The notes under the pieces were generated by a model, which saw only the letters and a program-made list of their open reading frames with translations, did not search any database and was not told the DNA's origin. A stretch of DNA of 64,000 bases from Epiperipatus broadwayi. Lineage: Eukaryota; Animalia; Onychophora. Positions 13,055 to 26,623 of the stretch are shown here, in pieces; the first letter of the stretch is position 1; each line of letters opens with the position of its first letter. The position numbers and the translations under genes were made by a program. The stretch spans positions 4,092,001 to 4,156,000 of the forward strand of contig JAQFVV010000003.1 in assembly GCA_028023455.1 (NCBI GenBank), in the 5' to 3' direction.

Positions 13055-16000
13055 TTTTTTTTTTTTTAAAGAATATAGACTTTATTTTATATAAAGTGTT
13101 ACAAATGAATTTCTCTAGACAACAAAAAAAATCTAGTATAAATTTACATTTTTACTAATAACTTCCTGAATTTCTTGTACTAAGAACCAGTCCATGTGGA
13201 TAGGTAGATTTCTTTGGGTGCAAGAAGCTTATCTTTTTTTCGAATAAAATTAAATGTATCTCTAATAAAAAGTTGTGAGTCCAATGGAGAATTGGTTATA
13301 ACTATATGACATCTAAGTAACCATATTGTGTGGTTAATAAATATGCATCTTCTGATATTGCAGAAATTAGCCATTTTAATATTATGAATGATATCAAAGA
13401 GTTCTGGATTGTGATTATTGAAATAATTTTGAATTATATATTTTACTTCTCTTAGTCCCGAGCAAGAAACAAGAATATGATCAAATGTTTCACTATCTTT
13501 TTTACACAAAATACATAAGGAATCAATCCTTTTAAATCCTCTATTTGAAACAAGGAAATCGTTGGTAGGAAGTGAAGATAGATTTATTTTAATGATAAAA
13601 TCAATATATTTAGGCATTAAATACCATTTTCTCATTTTATTAAAAAGATTGATATTAGTCACTTCAAGATAACTAGGAGGGCATGTCAGCTGAGGATTTA
13701 TCATTTTAAACGTGTCCCAATATGTGCTTATTATTAAAAAGAATTTCATTTAAATCCATTTGTTTATCAATAAGTGAGATGAGAAGTTGTAGCCAATTTT
13801 TTTTAATATTCGGGGGAGGCGTATCTGTGGGAAAGATTGTATCAATAATGTTTTGGTAATTGAAGTCAATCTTGATGTAGTAGAATAAATTAACTATATT
13901 TTTAATTAATAATGTATTAATTGAATGTAAACCTAGGCCATTAAGTATTTTTGGATTTTGCATTTTACGTATACTGATACAGACCACTTTTTTTTTTCCA
14001 AAGAAGGCCAGAGCACAATGAGTTAATTTGCGAAGTAAATTTTTTAGTAGGGTTTAAAATCGGTAAATAATAATTAATTCTGCTGAAAACAAGAGAATTT
14101 AGTAAAAGAACTTTATCATATAAAGATAAGTAAATGCTTTTTAGAGAATCTATTATTTTTTTTGTTGATATAATCAGTTTGTCTTGTAACATTTTTCTCA
14201 TTTTGTTTGGTGAAAGGTACAGTGGTATACCTAAAAAAGGTTGAGGTTTTGATGAGAAACATGCAGGGACATTTTCTCCTGAATGAAGTTTCCAAACTGC
14301 AGATTTCTCTAGATTAAAATTTAATTTGTATTCCGATGAAAACTTTTTAAGGATTTTTTCAAGTTCTGGTAGATGTTTAGCTGATGGCAGAATTACAACA
14401 TCATCCATATATGCAAGATGTTTTATTTCTTTGTTTAGAAAAGGAACAAAAACTCCAGGAAGTTTTGTTTCCATTTCTATGAGAAGGGGGTTAATATAAG
14501 CAATGAATAAAAGTGCACTCAAGGGTGAGCCCTGAGGAATAGAAATTGATGGTTTAAAGCCAGGTGCAATTCTACCATTGAGTGTAATGAAAATTTCTCT
14601 ATTAAATAGAAGATTCTCTATCATAGTAAGATAGACGGAGGGAATTCCATATTGTTGTAGTGTTTTCATTAATATTTCAATTCTTACTGAATCAAATGCT
14701 GCTATAATATCTAGTTGTACAGCTATTGGCTTTGATTTTTTTCTTAATTCTAATGTATTCTGTTAAAATTTTGAAAAGGCAAATTGCATGCATTGTGGAT
14801 GAACCTTTCTTTGCATATTGAGTAAAAGAAATATTATCTAAAATGTTTTGTTGAATCTTGTCTTTAATCAGCCCTTCTATGATTTTAATAAGAAGAGGAG
14901 TCATAGAGATAGGTCTTATATTTGATGTAATAGAGGGAAAGACCTTTCTTTTTTAAAAAAGGCACCAATGAAATAGGGTAGAGGCCAGGTATGTCTTGAC
15001 AACTTGAGGCTATGACGTCAATGACACCTTTTATAATTGGAACAGTAAAGTGAGCCAAATGTGATAGTACAAATTTTGGGAGGCCATGAGAGCCAGGATG
15101 TGTTTTTTCAGGAAGTCAATTTAATTTGTTTAAAATTAATTGCTCAGTTATTTTATGATCATTTTTTTGATTATTGTTGAATATGGTTCTAATTTGATTG
15201 CCGAATATTGTAAAAAGTTTATTGAAGAAGAAATTCCTAATAATCATTAGCATTGAAGAATCAGCATAGTTGGCTCCATTGTCTAAAATGGATAAAGATG
15301 TAATAAGTTTTGGTTTTGATCCTAATGCCCAACGAATATAACTTTTAGTCCAGGCATGTCTACTGGCTAGAAAAACTTTAGATCTCTTAATAGAAATATT
15401 TTCAGCTAGTGCCCTTTGTAATTCTTTATATTTAATTTTAATTTGAAGTATTTTATTAATATTAAGTGTCGTAGAGGGCATTGAATTCATTATGGCAGAC
15501 AGAGAATCCATTTCTTTTAGTATTTTACATGGTCCATTTTGTTTTCTACAAAAATAATTGGTTATGGCTCTTAGAATTTCAGTAAAAGTAAACCAGGCAT
15601 CAATTGGTGGCCGAGATAAGATATTTGCCTTGTGAAAATAAATGTAGGCCTCAGAAAAGACAGCCTCGGGAGTTGTAAATTTATTAATTAGTCGTGATGT
15701 TCTTGAAAGACCATCAATAATACTAATTGGCCCATTTATGCAAAGCAAAATTTTTAAAGTTAGGTGATCAGAGAAAAAAACATGTTTTAGAGATGTTTCA
15801 ATCTTGAAATGTATGTCAGGAGAGTAATAAATCAAATCTATAAGTGAAGAATACTGTTTTGTGTAGAAAGAATAAGCATTATTATTAAAGAAACCTTGAG
15901 CTGACATGAGACCATAATTAATTTAATGTAAATATTTTCTGTCAAATGTGTGATAAGGAAGATTAAAATCGCCCAATAGAATAGGTGATGCTGAACTATG

Positions 16001-16567
16001 ATAAAGAGCCAAGTTATTTATATTTATTACTTTATAAATCATATTACTATTATTTTGTAGATAGAGATATATTACATTTAGGTTTGTCTGACCAAATACA
16101 AAATTAACTATTATAACATTTGAATCTAAATGGATAATATTAAAGGTTGTAAATTTAGAGATGCGATTTACTATGAATGCAACTCCTCCTGATGGAGAAT
16201 TTGCTATGGAGAATTTAAATAGACCTAGTGAAGATAAAATTTCTGATATTTTGCAGTTGCTGTTTATATGTAATTTAGTTTCTGCAAAGAAAATAATATC
16301 TGGTGTTTCTTTTAAGAAAAAATCTTTTATAGCATAGACACGTTGTAAAGAGTTTAATCCTCTTACATTTATACCTATTATTTTAATTTTCATTGAGTAT
16401 TGATAAAAACTAGAATTTTAAAATATAAATTAAATTTGATTAGGCATCAATGGAAAAAATGAAAGAATCATTCCAATACATCAAATCCAACTAAGGGTGA
16501 GAATTGGAAATCACTCTCTTTGTCTTCTACCACTTCAGGTGTTAATAAATTAAGATGTGACCCTGAA
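13055..16567 (-). mobile_element. L1/Tx1-like non-LTR retrotransposon copy B, 5'-truncated, with poly(A) and 10-bp TSD, nested in RTE copy 1
   Basis: TSD TTTGTCTTTT at 13045-13054 and 16568-16577. Minus-strand AATAAA (13081-13086) and A17 tail (13051-13067, overlapping the TSD). ORF2 ATG at 16393. Confidence 0.9.
13180..16393 (-). pseudogene. ORF2 of LINE copy B (APE-EN, RT, zinc-knuckle-like domain) broken by several frameshifts and stops
   Basis: GINVRGLNS, FAETK, LGDFN, IDLI and FSDH (EN); IRPIS, QLDIIAAFD, PQGSPLSALLF and AYMDD (RT); CILCKKDSETFDHILVSC (C-terminal). Confidence 0.9.
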
Positions 16568-16577
16568 TTTGTCTTTT

Positions 16578-16690
16578 CTTCTAACTTCCTAAAGTCCAAC
16601 AATGTCCCATTTAAAATTATGCAGTTTTTCCAAAATTCCTTGTTTTGAAAGTGATTTGCAATTGTAGGTACCTAAATAAAATAAAATTTC
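16578..16690 (-). mobile_element. 5' (EN N-terminal) piece of RTE copy 1, separated by the LINE B insertion
   Basis: Minus strand translates GTYNCKSLSKQGILEKLHNFKWDIVGL*EVRRK, an RTE-type EN start. It joins to 13044 across the TSD. Confidence 0.7.
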
Positions 16691-17809
16691 ATCATCGAAA
16701 GGCAGCCTATTACTGCAATCAGGAGATTCTTAGCATCTTCTGCCTCTAGTTACCAACTACTACATTGGCTGGAAATTTACACTCTTAGGAATAATATATC
16801 ATTTTTTTTGTCTGACATGATTATAAATATATATAAAACACATACAAAAATCATTCACACACATTCACATGTCTTTCAATTTTAAATAACTGATATTTCA
16901 ATTAAAAATTGTTAGCCAAGTGAGCTGAAAGACCATGATGTTTCTTGATTTTAAACTCAGTTATAAAAAGCCAATAAACTGACCATACTAGCTAATGCAT
17001 GTTGATGAAAAACCATCCATATTTTCATTTACTATATGAATAATCATATAGTAATAACAGTTGCAAATTCCTAATATCTGTTCCATATGTTTTTGTTGTT
17101 GCAGTTATTTCTTCAGTAGACCATTTTAATTAAACAAAAAAAAAAGATTTTTGTAATAACTAATTCACTAAAGAATAAAAGCCTGTCCAATATATTTCAT
17201 ATGAGAAGGTAATATTCACCAGGTTTATCAATTATTTGATAGAGAGGATTAGAATTTTCCAATTTTGTGCTACCCTCTAGTTAAAGATAGCTATGCACAT
17301 GTACTATGTTGGATAGTTAGTTTGTTTGCTATGGGCCAAATACATGAGAGGAAACTCTTAAGTCTCTTAAAAATAGTTTTATTTTACTATTTAAACAGGT
17401 AATGGGCTTGTTATGTGGATATGCTTTTGCTCCACAATGCATTTCTAAATAATTATAAAAGCAGCTGTTTTATGACTTATCTCAGGAAACAAAATTGACT
17501 GGCCCAGACATGCTGATATTAATTCATAACAAATATCTTGACTGATGGATTTTTTGTTGACAATCATTTTTGTGTTTTTAAAATAATACAGTTACACTTT
17601 TCTAACTTACTGAACATTATCTATATTTTCCTTTATATATTTATATTATAATAGTAGGGAATGAAAATTTATTGAAGCCCCACATTAAGAAGTTTTGACT
17701 TGCTCATTTTATATACTAGTGGGCATAATATTAAAATATTTAATCTACAAATCAAAGTTTATTTATGTCAATTTACAATATTTATATTTTATGAACACCA
17801 TAAAAATAT

Positions 17810-17897
17810 TTAGCTAATCTATTTCCCTAATAAATTTCTCTGTGCTTGTTACTTTAGCTAATCTATTTCCTTAATAAATTTCTCTGTGCTCGTTACA
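17810..17897. repeat. 44-bp tandem duplication
   Basis: TTAGCTAATCTATTTCC(C/T)TAATAAATTTCTCTGTGCT(T/C)GTTAC at 17810 and 17854. Confidence 0.85.
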
Positions 17898-19319
17898 TTA
17901 GTCCTTGCAGAAAGCACACTGGAAATGTAAGTTATGAAACACAAATTCAATTATGCTGATAATAATAAATAGAGTACATGATGAAATTATATTGCAACTC
18001 ATCAGAATAGTTAATATTCATAAATATTTATCAAATCCAAAATAAAAGAATGAGAACCACTGAAGAAATAATAATAGTGTAATTTTATTACAGAAATGTA
18101 CATTAATATAATAATGTATAACAATTAGCAACAAAATAATTAAACAACAACAAACATAAATGCCTGATATGGATAACATCTTCAAAATTTTATTCAATCT
18201 ATCTCAAAAATTTTATTGAATATTTCTGTAACTTAGTAATTTTTCTATTATATTTTAAAAAGAAAATATTAACAAGATAAATATCTTAAAATTATTTTAT
18301 ATGAATTGGAAATAAAATTTATATTTCATTGATCAAATTAATATATATTTGGAAGATAATGCTAAAACAACAGCACATATTATTTTAATTGTACTTTCCA
18401 AGTATTCATATTAGGTGTTTGTTATTTGTAGTATATGGATTTATGAAATGTTTTGAATTTGGTCAGAAATATTGGATATTTCCAAATTGATTGTCTCCCA
18501 AATATTCCTTAAAATATTTATAATGTCATGCCATAAAATATTTCTTTAAATTTGATTTTCACTTATTATTTAAAATAAATACAGATATGCTAATTTATAA
18601 CTTATTGTGGCTAATGTATATTAAGATTATCATATGTATAAAATATATATTCTCTAAATTTAATGAGGTAATATATGTGCTTAATTTATTCATGAAATAT
18701 TGAGGTCTTCATCCTCTAATATGTTATTTAATAAGTCATTATCAATGCAATATTTATTAATTATTTAATAAAACAATGTCATATTTATTCCTCTTATAAA
18801 AAAATTATATATCTGCTCAATTTCATGAAATATTTATATTAATCTGGGAATAATATTTTTATTTTGATATGTGTTACGCTTGTTTAAAATTAAAATATGC
18901 ATTAAAAAATTAATCTACAGATGCATTATTCTTAAGTTTATTCATGCTTATTTTAATAAATATAAATAATAGATGTAAATATAATGCAATTGAATAAGAA
19001 TATTTATGCTTAATTGTTTATGTAAGATTACATGTATCAACAAATGTATATTTATTTTTTCATGATTTTAAAAAATATTATTGTTATGATTAGTTTTATT
19101 TTATTAACTATTAAATCAAGAAAGAATGAAAATTAAAAAAAATACTGCTCTACAATTATCTTTAACAATGAAGGAAAAAATAACAAAATAATATTACCAT
19201 TTGCATTATTCTATTTTACGTTATTAATTGCATGACCCTTTTTTTCTTATTTATCTTCCTTTGATCCAATGTCTTTATCCAATTGTGATGTTCAAATAAT
19301 TTATTCCTAACATATTGGT

Positions 19320-19680
19320 TAAAAAACAATTCAAAACAAAGCAAAACTCTCCATATAGTAGTGATCATGTGATGTTTAGTGGTTTAACATATTGGTTACT
19401 GCATTAAATAACTTCTGATATTTTACATTATCTCAATACCTAAATAAATAATATATCATATATAACTCTTACCCATTTCTTCTTTCTCCCTCTATATTTT
19501 GCTTCTTTTTATATTTCACTATAAACTTATCAACACTCCTTTAACACTTTAAGCAAATAATTTTATTTATTATAACAGTTTCGATCTGACGAAGACTGCT
19601 AGTACAGTCAAAACTGTTATAATAAATAAAATTATTTGCTTAAAGTGTTAAAGGAGTGTTGATAAGTTTATAGTGAAATA
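19320..19680. mobile_element. Penelope-like fold-back remnant with 70-bp arms around an HHR core
   Basis: Arms 19512-19581 and 19611-19680. The centre reads CTGACGA-A-GACTG CTAGTA CAGTC-AAAA. The left extension ends in AAAACAAAGCAAAACTCTCCATATAGTAGTG, similar to the U3 terminus. The left boundary is approximate. Confidence 0.7.
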
Positions 19681-21883
19681 ATATATCCTTGATGAGATGA
19701 GATAGATTTAAATTTCTCTAAAAATCCAGCCAAAAAAAAAGAAGATAAATGCTTGTTCCTTCTTCTTTGCTTTCTTTAATACTCCATTTTGTTCAGAAAT
19801 ATCAATATATATATATATTATTTTTTTATGAATTTTAAAGAACAAACATCTGATAATTTTGCCACTATGAAGTCTTATTCTATTGTTTTAAAATAACTGT
19901 ATAAAGCATTGCTATATCATATTCTTCTGTTCAATAAAATTAATTATCATAAATAAAATGATCAGTACCTTTACAAATTAATATTTTATAAAAAAATAAT
20001 TCATTTTTTTTTATAATTAACCAGAATAATTGTAAAAAAATTAATTTATTATTTATTATTATATATGAATAAACTTATTGGTTTGAGTGTGTAAGTATTT
20101 ACATTCATTTAATAGTGACATATGTGTCTTTACTATTTCCTTAAACTAGTTTTATCATTCATGGTTAAAATAAAAGTTGGGCTACAAAATTAAAAGAAAA
20201 TTATTTACCTATATTGATAACTTACTGAGTTAATTATGTTTAAAGTGGTTAATGAAATAGATTTGATACATACCTTTTTTTTATATTATCATTTTATCTC
20301 TGCTTCAAATTATACATGTACAGTATTCATTATTAAAAGATGTGATATAGGATCTCAAATATATTTTTCCACAGGTCACAATATGCTAGTTAGAATAGCA
20401 TTAAAATTTTTCACCTTCATCACCTGATAGACACACAAAGAGAAAAAAGGAACTTATCTTATTTTTATGCATAAATTATTTAAATGATGAATGTTTTTTT
20501 TTTTATGTTAGTGATTCTATATTCTAATTATTATTTTATTAAAATTGTGTGGGCAACAACAAATGATTTATCACTTAATATTAACTAACATTGGATTAAA
20601 TTAATTGCTTATTTATTTTCTGTCTCACTTTTTTACACTTGTTTTCCGCCATTTTGATTAATGCCAAGCCATTACATAAACATATGACACTATCAGTCAT
20701 CTCTCTGTGATAATGGGATTGTTTGTCCTTTAACTACATCTACAGCGGGACTAACTTTAATCATTTTATACTTTTTTTCCATAGTTGATTTTTGTTTTTT
20801 TTTCTTCTGAAATTAGATGTCCATACTCACTTATCAACAGTAACTAAAGATTTTACATTCTAATAAAAATATATTCCAAATTCAGTATTTAAATTTTTTT
20901 TGAATAAAACTAAATTAAAATTTTTTTTTTGAGCTGCATGAAAAAATAAACGATTTGGCAAAATTTTATAATACCAGAGGTAATTAAAAATATTAAAATA
21001 AATAAAACAATATTTTACTTAATTCTTCAATAGCATTACATAGCAATATTTCTCTTTATATATAACAATGTAATTATTGGTTAATTAAAATAAACATGGC
21101 TAATCTCCAGGGCTGCTGCAAGGTTTGTAAAGTGTTTTATTAAATTAAAATGTATCCATTTAAAAGATTAAGTGGAAAAAAGCTTCAATTTAAATCGTAA
21201 ATATAAAAGTATCAATCTAAAATAATGATAAATACATCATGGAAAAGATTTCTTACAAAAATTATGAATTCAGTACTAAAGTATATCTTACAACTACTGT
21301 CAATGAAAATTGCATACTAAATATAAAACATGTTTATAATGATGAATATTTTATTTTTTTATTCTTTAAAAAATATCAAAATCCACTGATTCAAGGACTA
21401 TAGATAAATATTCTCTTCACCATTGTGAAGGTTGTATAATATTACACTCATTTTTTTCTTCACAGTGCCACTTTAGACATTCACAAGAATAACCATAAGC
21501 ACCTGTTACATTCTTTACTTTACAGTTAAGAATAATTATATACATATTTAATGAACAGTATTATTTGGTTATCTGAATTGGCTAAGAGCCAGCTACAGAA
21601 AAGTGCCACCTGGATTTGAACTCAGATTCATAAGGTTGTCAAATGAATACACTAATTACTACACGAGAATTTATTGAAGCATTTTCTTAGTCAGATAATT
21701 AACCATTAACAGCATAATATTGGTACATTCAGTATTCTGCTAAAATTAGAGTAAGGGCTATTCTACAATCTTATGTTAATTCTATTTCTAATGAAATGGT
21801 CAACTCTGACTTTGATGCAACTAACAAATGCAGCTTTGTAGTTTTTGGAAATGTGTAACATTTTTAGCTGTAAAAGAGGTCTT

Positions 21884-21972
21884 GCATTGGTGGTCAAGAG
21901 GTCAGCGCGACTGCCTTGCACTTGCAGGCAGTTGCCCGGGTTGCGGGTTCGCGTCCAGGCCGATGCTATGAC
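21884..21972 (+). mobile_element. tRNA-like short element (tRNA-derived SINE or tRNA pseudogene)
   Basis: A-box-like TGGTCAAGAGGTCAG and B-box-like GGTTCGCGTCC; 7-bp acceptor-like stem GCATTGG/CCGATGC. A homologous copy lies at 49210-49296. Confidence 0.7.
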
Positions 21973-24849
21973 ATTTAATAATAAAAAAAGAAATTATTAA
22001 TTTTGTGCTTTTATGAGAAGTAATTTATTCCAGAGCCATCTATTGACAGTATGAATAATCAGTGAGTATGTTTCTGGAATATTTTTCTTCAAACCTAATG
22101 CACTATTACATCCAACAATTAACTTCTTTATACTATTAAGCTAATAATAGCCTGAATTTAAAAAAATACTAAGATTTTGGATCCATCTGTTAGTTAATAT
22201 AAAATTGATCACTGAAATATATAGCCACAAACTGGCTAGAGTATTTAAGGCCATTAGCTTGATACTATAAAGGAATTAACAGTGATTGCTAGATATGAAG
22301 ATATATCAAGTCCAAACCTTAATAAGCACCAATGATTATCTGGGGATGTGAATGATAGCATTACCATTTAGTATCTATTGATTACTCCATTTTACAATAG
22401 TTGGATCCGCTAAAGAGTAAATAGAATGAATTATAAATCTTAAAAGTATATGTTAAGTTGAAGTAGAAAAAGTCATATAGTTTTGTTTCCTAATATATGC
22501 TATTTCATTATTCAATTAATATTTGTCAGAACTGTTAATGAAACAAAAACAAGAAATAGAAAATATAATTAAAGGCACCAGGTGATATTTTTTCAGCTGG
22601 CTTCTAAAATAGAGAAATGTTATTATAATCCTTGAAATGATATTAGTAATTACAAAATTTGTTCACAAGTTATATCTGCCTTATTTAGTCAACAATAATA
22701 TTATTCCTTAACAAGAAAGGCTAATTGCCTAAAACTAATCTATAAATATGGAGATAAAATATATTCAGAGAAATAATACTTTAATTTATTTGATATATAC
22801 CTTGTCATATTTTATAGCTTTCAAAAACTTGAATTATTTTTATTTAAAAATTATTTGTTTTTACTGAAAACTTCTAAAGTCCAAATTTGATTTTCCATAG
22901 AATATTAAAAGTAAAGCACTTCAACCAACCTATCATTTATTAAATGTTATCAAACATAAGACATTTCAGATGATTAATGATTTATTTCTTATCTTAAACT
23001 GTTTTCTAGAGCTTTTTATGTGTGTTTTCCCTCTTTATACTTTTATAGTAATAATTTTCACAACATGCTTTTCTAATTCTTTCTATTCTTAAATGTACAC
23101 ACCTCACTCATATTTACTAAGACACATCTTATTTCAAAATTGTCTTTATCCTTCTTTTGCAATGCTGGTCATATATTGTAGTTTCATCTAGAAATACCTT
23201 TGACTTAATGTTCAGCCCTTAAAGAACAATATTAAAAGATATCCTTTCTCATCCAAATACAGAAGATCAAATTTTAATATCTTTACATTTATCACTATTT
23301 ATTTTGAATAAGAGATTTATCCTTTGGCAAATAATCCTCAATAAAAAAAACCCCTCAAACTTTGCTCACTAACAATTATTTTTATCATTGGATCTACTGC
23401 TAGAAATAATATAATGAATGACAAGTAATTTCTTCTGCAAATTTAGGGTTAAAAATGTCTACAAATAAAAATTAATAAACATTTGTTTTACATTTTCTAT
23501 TTTGAACTTAAACAAAAACCGATTTCAATTTAATTACGATTATAGTATTGTGGTCAAGTGTCAACATATTAAAATTTGCTGCATAAATATTACTAATTCA
23601 TTTATATAAACTTTCATATTGTGGAACTAATAATTTGAAATTTAATTATAGTAACTGTTTGAACACTATTGAAGTTGTCTATTAATAGTTAACATTTGAT
23701 TATAAAGAGTGTCTGTACCATCACTTTATCAGACCCTTAAAAAATTACTTTTACAGCTTTGTTACATATTTCGCAATTTAAAAACTGTTGTGATTTTGTG
23801 GCATCCTTGAAAAAGTTTCTCATTTATGAATACGTTGATGAGAAACATTTTTTCTGAGAACCTTTTACTTTTCAAAAACTTGAAATGGCTACCATATTAA
23901 CTATTGAAACCAAACACTGGATATCCATTTGTTACTAGACTGTAATGAAGTTGGACAATATTGTTACCTACTAATGCACCTAGATCTCTTAGGAACATTC
24001 TATTTTTTACTTGTAATTGCTGACTTTCCCTACATCATGAAAACTAAATACTAATTTATTTTAATTTTAAGCATACTAAAACAGTTCTTGACTCTACTGG
24101 TGTAGTTATTACGTTTATTTTTCACTTAAAAAATTGTAGTGACTTTCTCACTAAATCAGTTTTACCATTTTAAATACAATAATTATAATGTGTCGCATTA
24201 AAGATGAATGATAACAAATAACATAAAAAAAAAAAAAAAGAACAATTACCAATTTATAGTGGTTTAAAAAGTAGCAGTAAAATTCTGCAACAATATTATA
24301 AAAATACAACGTGACTTCAAACCTAGATTGCAATCATTTTAAATATAAAGAACTTATATATATCGAAATTAATACGGTAATTAAGAAATATGGCTGCAAT
24401 AGTTTTCGTTTGAAAATCTTTATTTGCAGACAGCTTCTATAAGGCAATATATTATATATGGGAGTCTTTGCAAGAGATAATTCTGGAATGAGCGCTTTTT
24501 TACGAATGTAAACAAGTGACAGTTTTAAAATGATTTGAGGGATACAGAATTTTAATTATAGGAAACTTAAGTACCAAATTTTTTAATATTTAACAATAAT
24601 AATACTGTTCACCCCCTCCCTATGCAATTCGCAATAATTTCATTGTATTAACAACAAATGGTTAGCATATTCTTCCGCACACACCAGTAACAAAACACAC
24701 GTTCGCTCTCAAAAACCTAATTTAGAATAATCTCGACATCAACAATTTTAAATTTCTTTATTCTTCTCAAATATAAATAAAACTACAAATTAAATTTCAG
24801 TCCATTTTTAAAGCCACAAACATCAGGTCAATAAATTATGTTAGAAATT

Positions 24850-25905
24850 TGTGTGTCATAGAAGTATTTAAATACCTTCAAGTTCAAAAAGAAACTATTA
24901 ACCGGTAAAATGCCGGTTCTAATTAATCACATAAAATCGAAAGTAAAAAAAAATACATTGAAGTATAAATTAAATAATTGTTACTTAGAAAGGTGCAAAG
25001 CAAATGTTAAATTCTTCCCGACTAACATTTTTTTTTTTTTTTGCAGCTATCGATTAAAAAAAAAAGCCGCATAACCTAAGCCATTGGGCGGGGTTGAGGA
25101 AAAATAAATTTAGAGAATGATAGAATATCGTTTAATATTTATTATATGACATTACAATAATTCTTAAATAACTGCTAAATTTATATAATATAAATAAAAG
25201 TATATATTTGCATCGAATAACAAAAAAAGCTTTCATTTCTATCTTGAGGAAAAAAAAATCTTACACTATGCCCCACCCACTATATACTACCCCTATCTTC
25301 GAATGAACCGGCTTAAAATTGTCACGTAATTACTATGATGACGAGAGTAATTTCTTTAAAATCAAAAATAATTTTATTTTTATCCTGTGCTTTAACTAAA
25401 ATATGGTGTTAGTAGTGAATAACATCTTTGTATTAAATAATTTCAAATTTTTGATATTTCAGAAGGTTGTATATGGTGAACTATTTTTTTAAGATCTCAG
25501 TTTTTGGTGAACTACTTTATTGATCACGTGATTTGAGCAACTAATTCGTGATGCCCGTCTAATTTTATTAGGCAGGATTTTCTAGGCAAAGATGTATAAT
25601 ACTTCTACCAATAAACCTTTTCTTAGAAAGTTATATAGGTTCCGGCTTAAAATGAGGATGCCTTTTTAAAATATATTAGAATTCTAAGTATTTTTATTAC
25701 GTTAGAGGGCGCAGAATGCTTGCATTTTGGGGAAACGACGCAAGCGCGCTGATTTTTTTTGTAAGAAACCACATGGCGTGAGGAGAGCAACATTAATTTT
25801 TATTGAAATTTTTTTTTTTTTTTTGAATTTAATACTCCTCAAAATTCTTACCTTATACTATTTAATTGTATGTATATATGCTGAGGAAATTTTATATTAC
25901 AAAAC
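24850..25905 (+). promoter_or_regulatory. Putative promoter/5' UTR region of the FAM120 gene
   Basis: Local CpG enrichment relative to the flanks; DRE-like TATCGATT (~25049); palindromic E-box ATCACGTGAT (~25523); CCGGCTTAAAAT twice (~25308, ~25642). Motif function is inferred. Confidence 0.5.
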
Positions 25906-26623
25906 ATGGGTATTCAGGACCTACAAAAATTTATAGAGACTCAATGTCCGAACGCCTGCGTACCAGTCGATTTGTTAAAAATTGCCCGCGCCGTTGCTGT
26001 AAGAAAAAAGGGTAAGAATATTACAAACAATCGGCTTTGCCTCGTGGTTGATGGAGAATGTTGTTTAGATAGACTCTATGGAGGTTATTTTTCTGATTGG
26101 GTTTGCGGAGGACAATGGAATCGCATGGTGCAGTTTCTCGCTGTATTAATTCAAACGATTCAAAGCAACAATATCGAGTTAGCAGTATTCTTTAATGGCG
26201 GACTCGAAGTGCAAAAGATGAACGAATGGGTGAAATTACAGGCTACCGAAAGACGTAAAATCAATCAAGTTTTAAAACATGTATTAAATAAGGCAACACC
26301 TCCTCCCAAAGTATGGTGGACTGCTCCTGTATGCCTGACGACGTGTCTTCGAATGGCTCTTCGCCATTTGAGCGTAACTGTAGTTTGTACGATGGATGAC
26401 CACCATCAAGAAGTGATCGCGTATTGTCGGGAGAATAACTTTCACGGTATTTTGGCCGAGGATGCAGAATATGTTATTTTTGACCCACCCCGTTTATTTT
26501 CTTCGGAACAACTAAAATTAACTTATAAAGGTAGCCTGGAGACCAAAGAATATATTCTTGATGAAGTAGCGAAGGCCTTGGATCTTCATCCTAATCGTTT
26601 CTGTGTGTTTGCAGCACTTTTGG
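25906..26623 (+). CDS. FAM120A: First coding exon of a FAM120A/C-like protein (constitutive coactivator of PPAR-gamma-like family; N-terminal PIN/XPG-like domain)
   Basis: Intact ORF MGIQDLQKFIE...LVVDGECCLDRLYGGYFSDWVCGGQWNRM...KATPPPKVW...DDHHQEVIAYCREN...FAALLG, recognisable as the FAM120 N-terminus. Donor G|GTATGA after 26623 (phase 1); the ORF-track extension to 26649 is intronic read-through. Orthology to A versus C cannot be resolved. Confidence 0.92.

Noticed and set aside
21600-21665. Weak A/B-box SINE-like remnants here and at ~28905-28970 and ~56995-57065 (minus strand)
   Set aside because: The boxes are too degenerate to call, with no TSD or second copy recognised.
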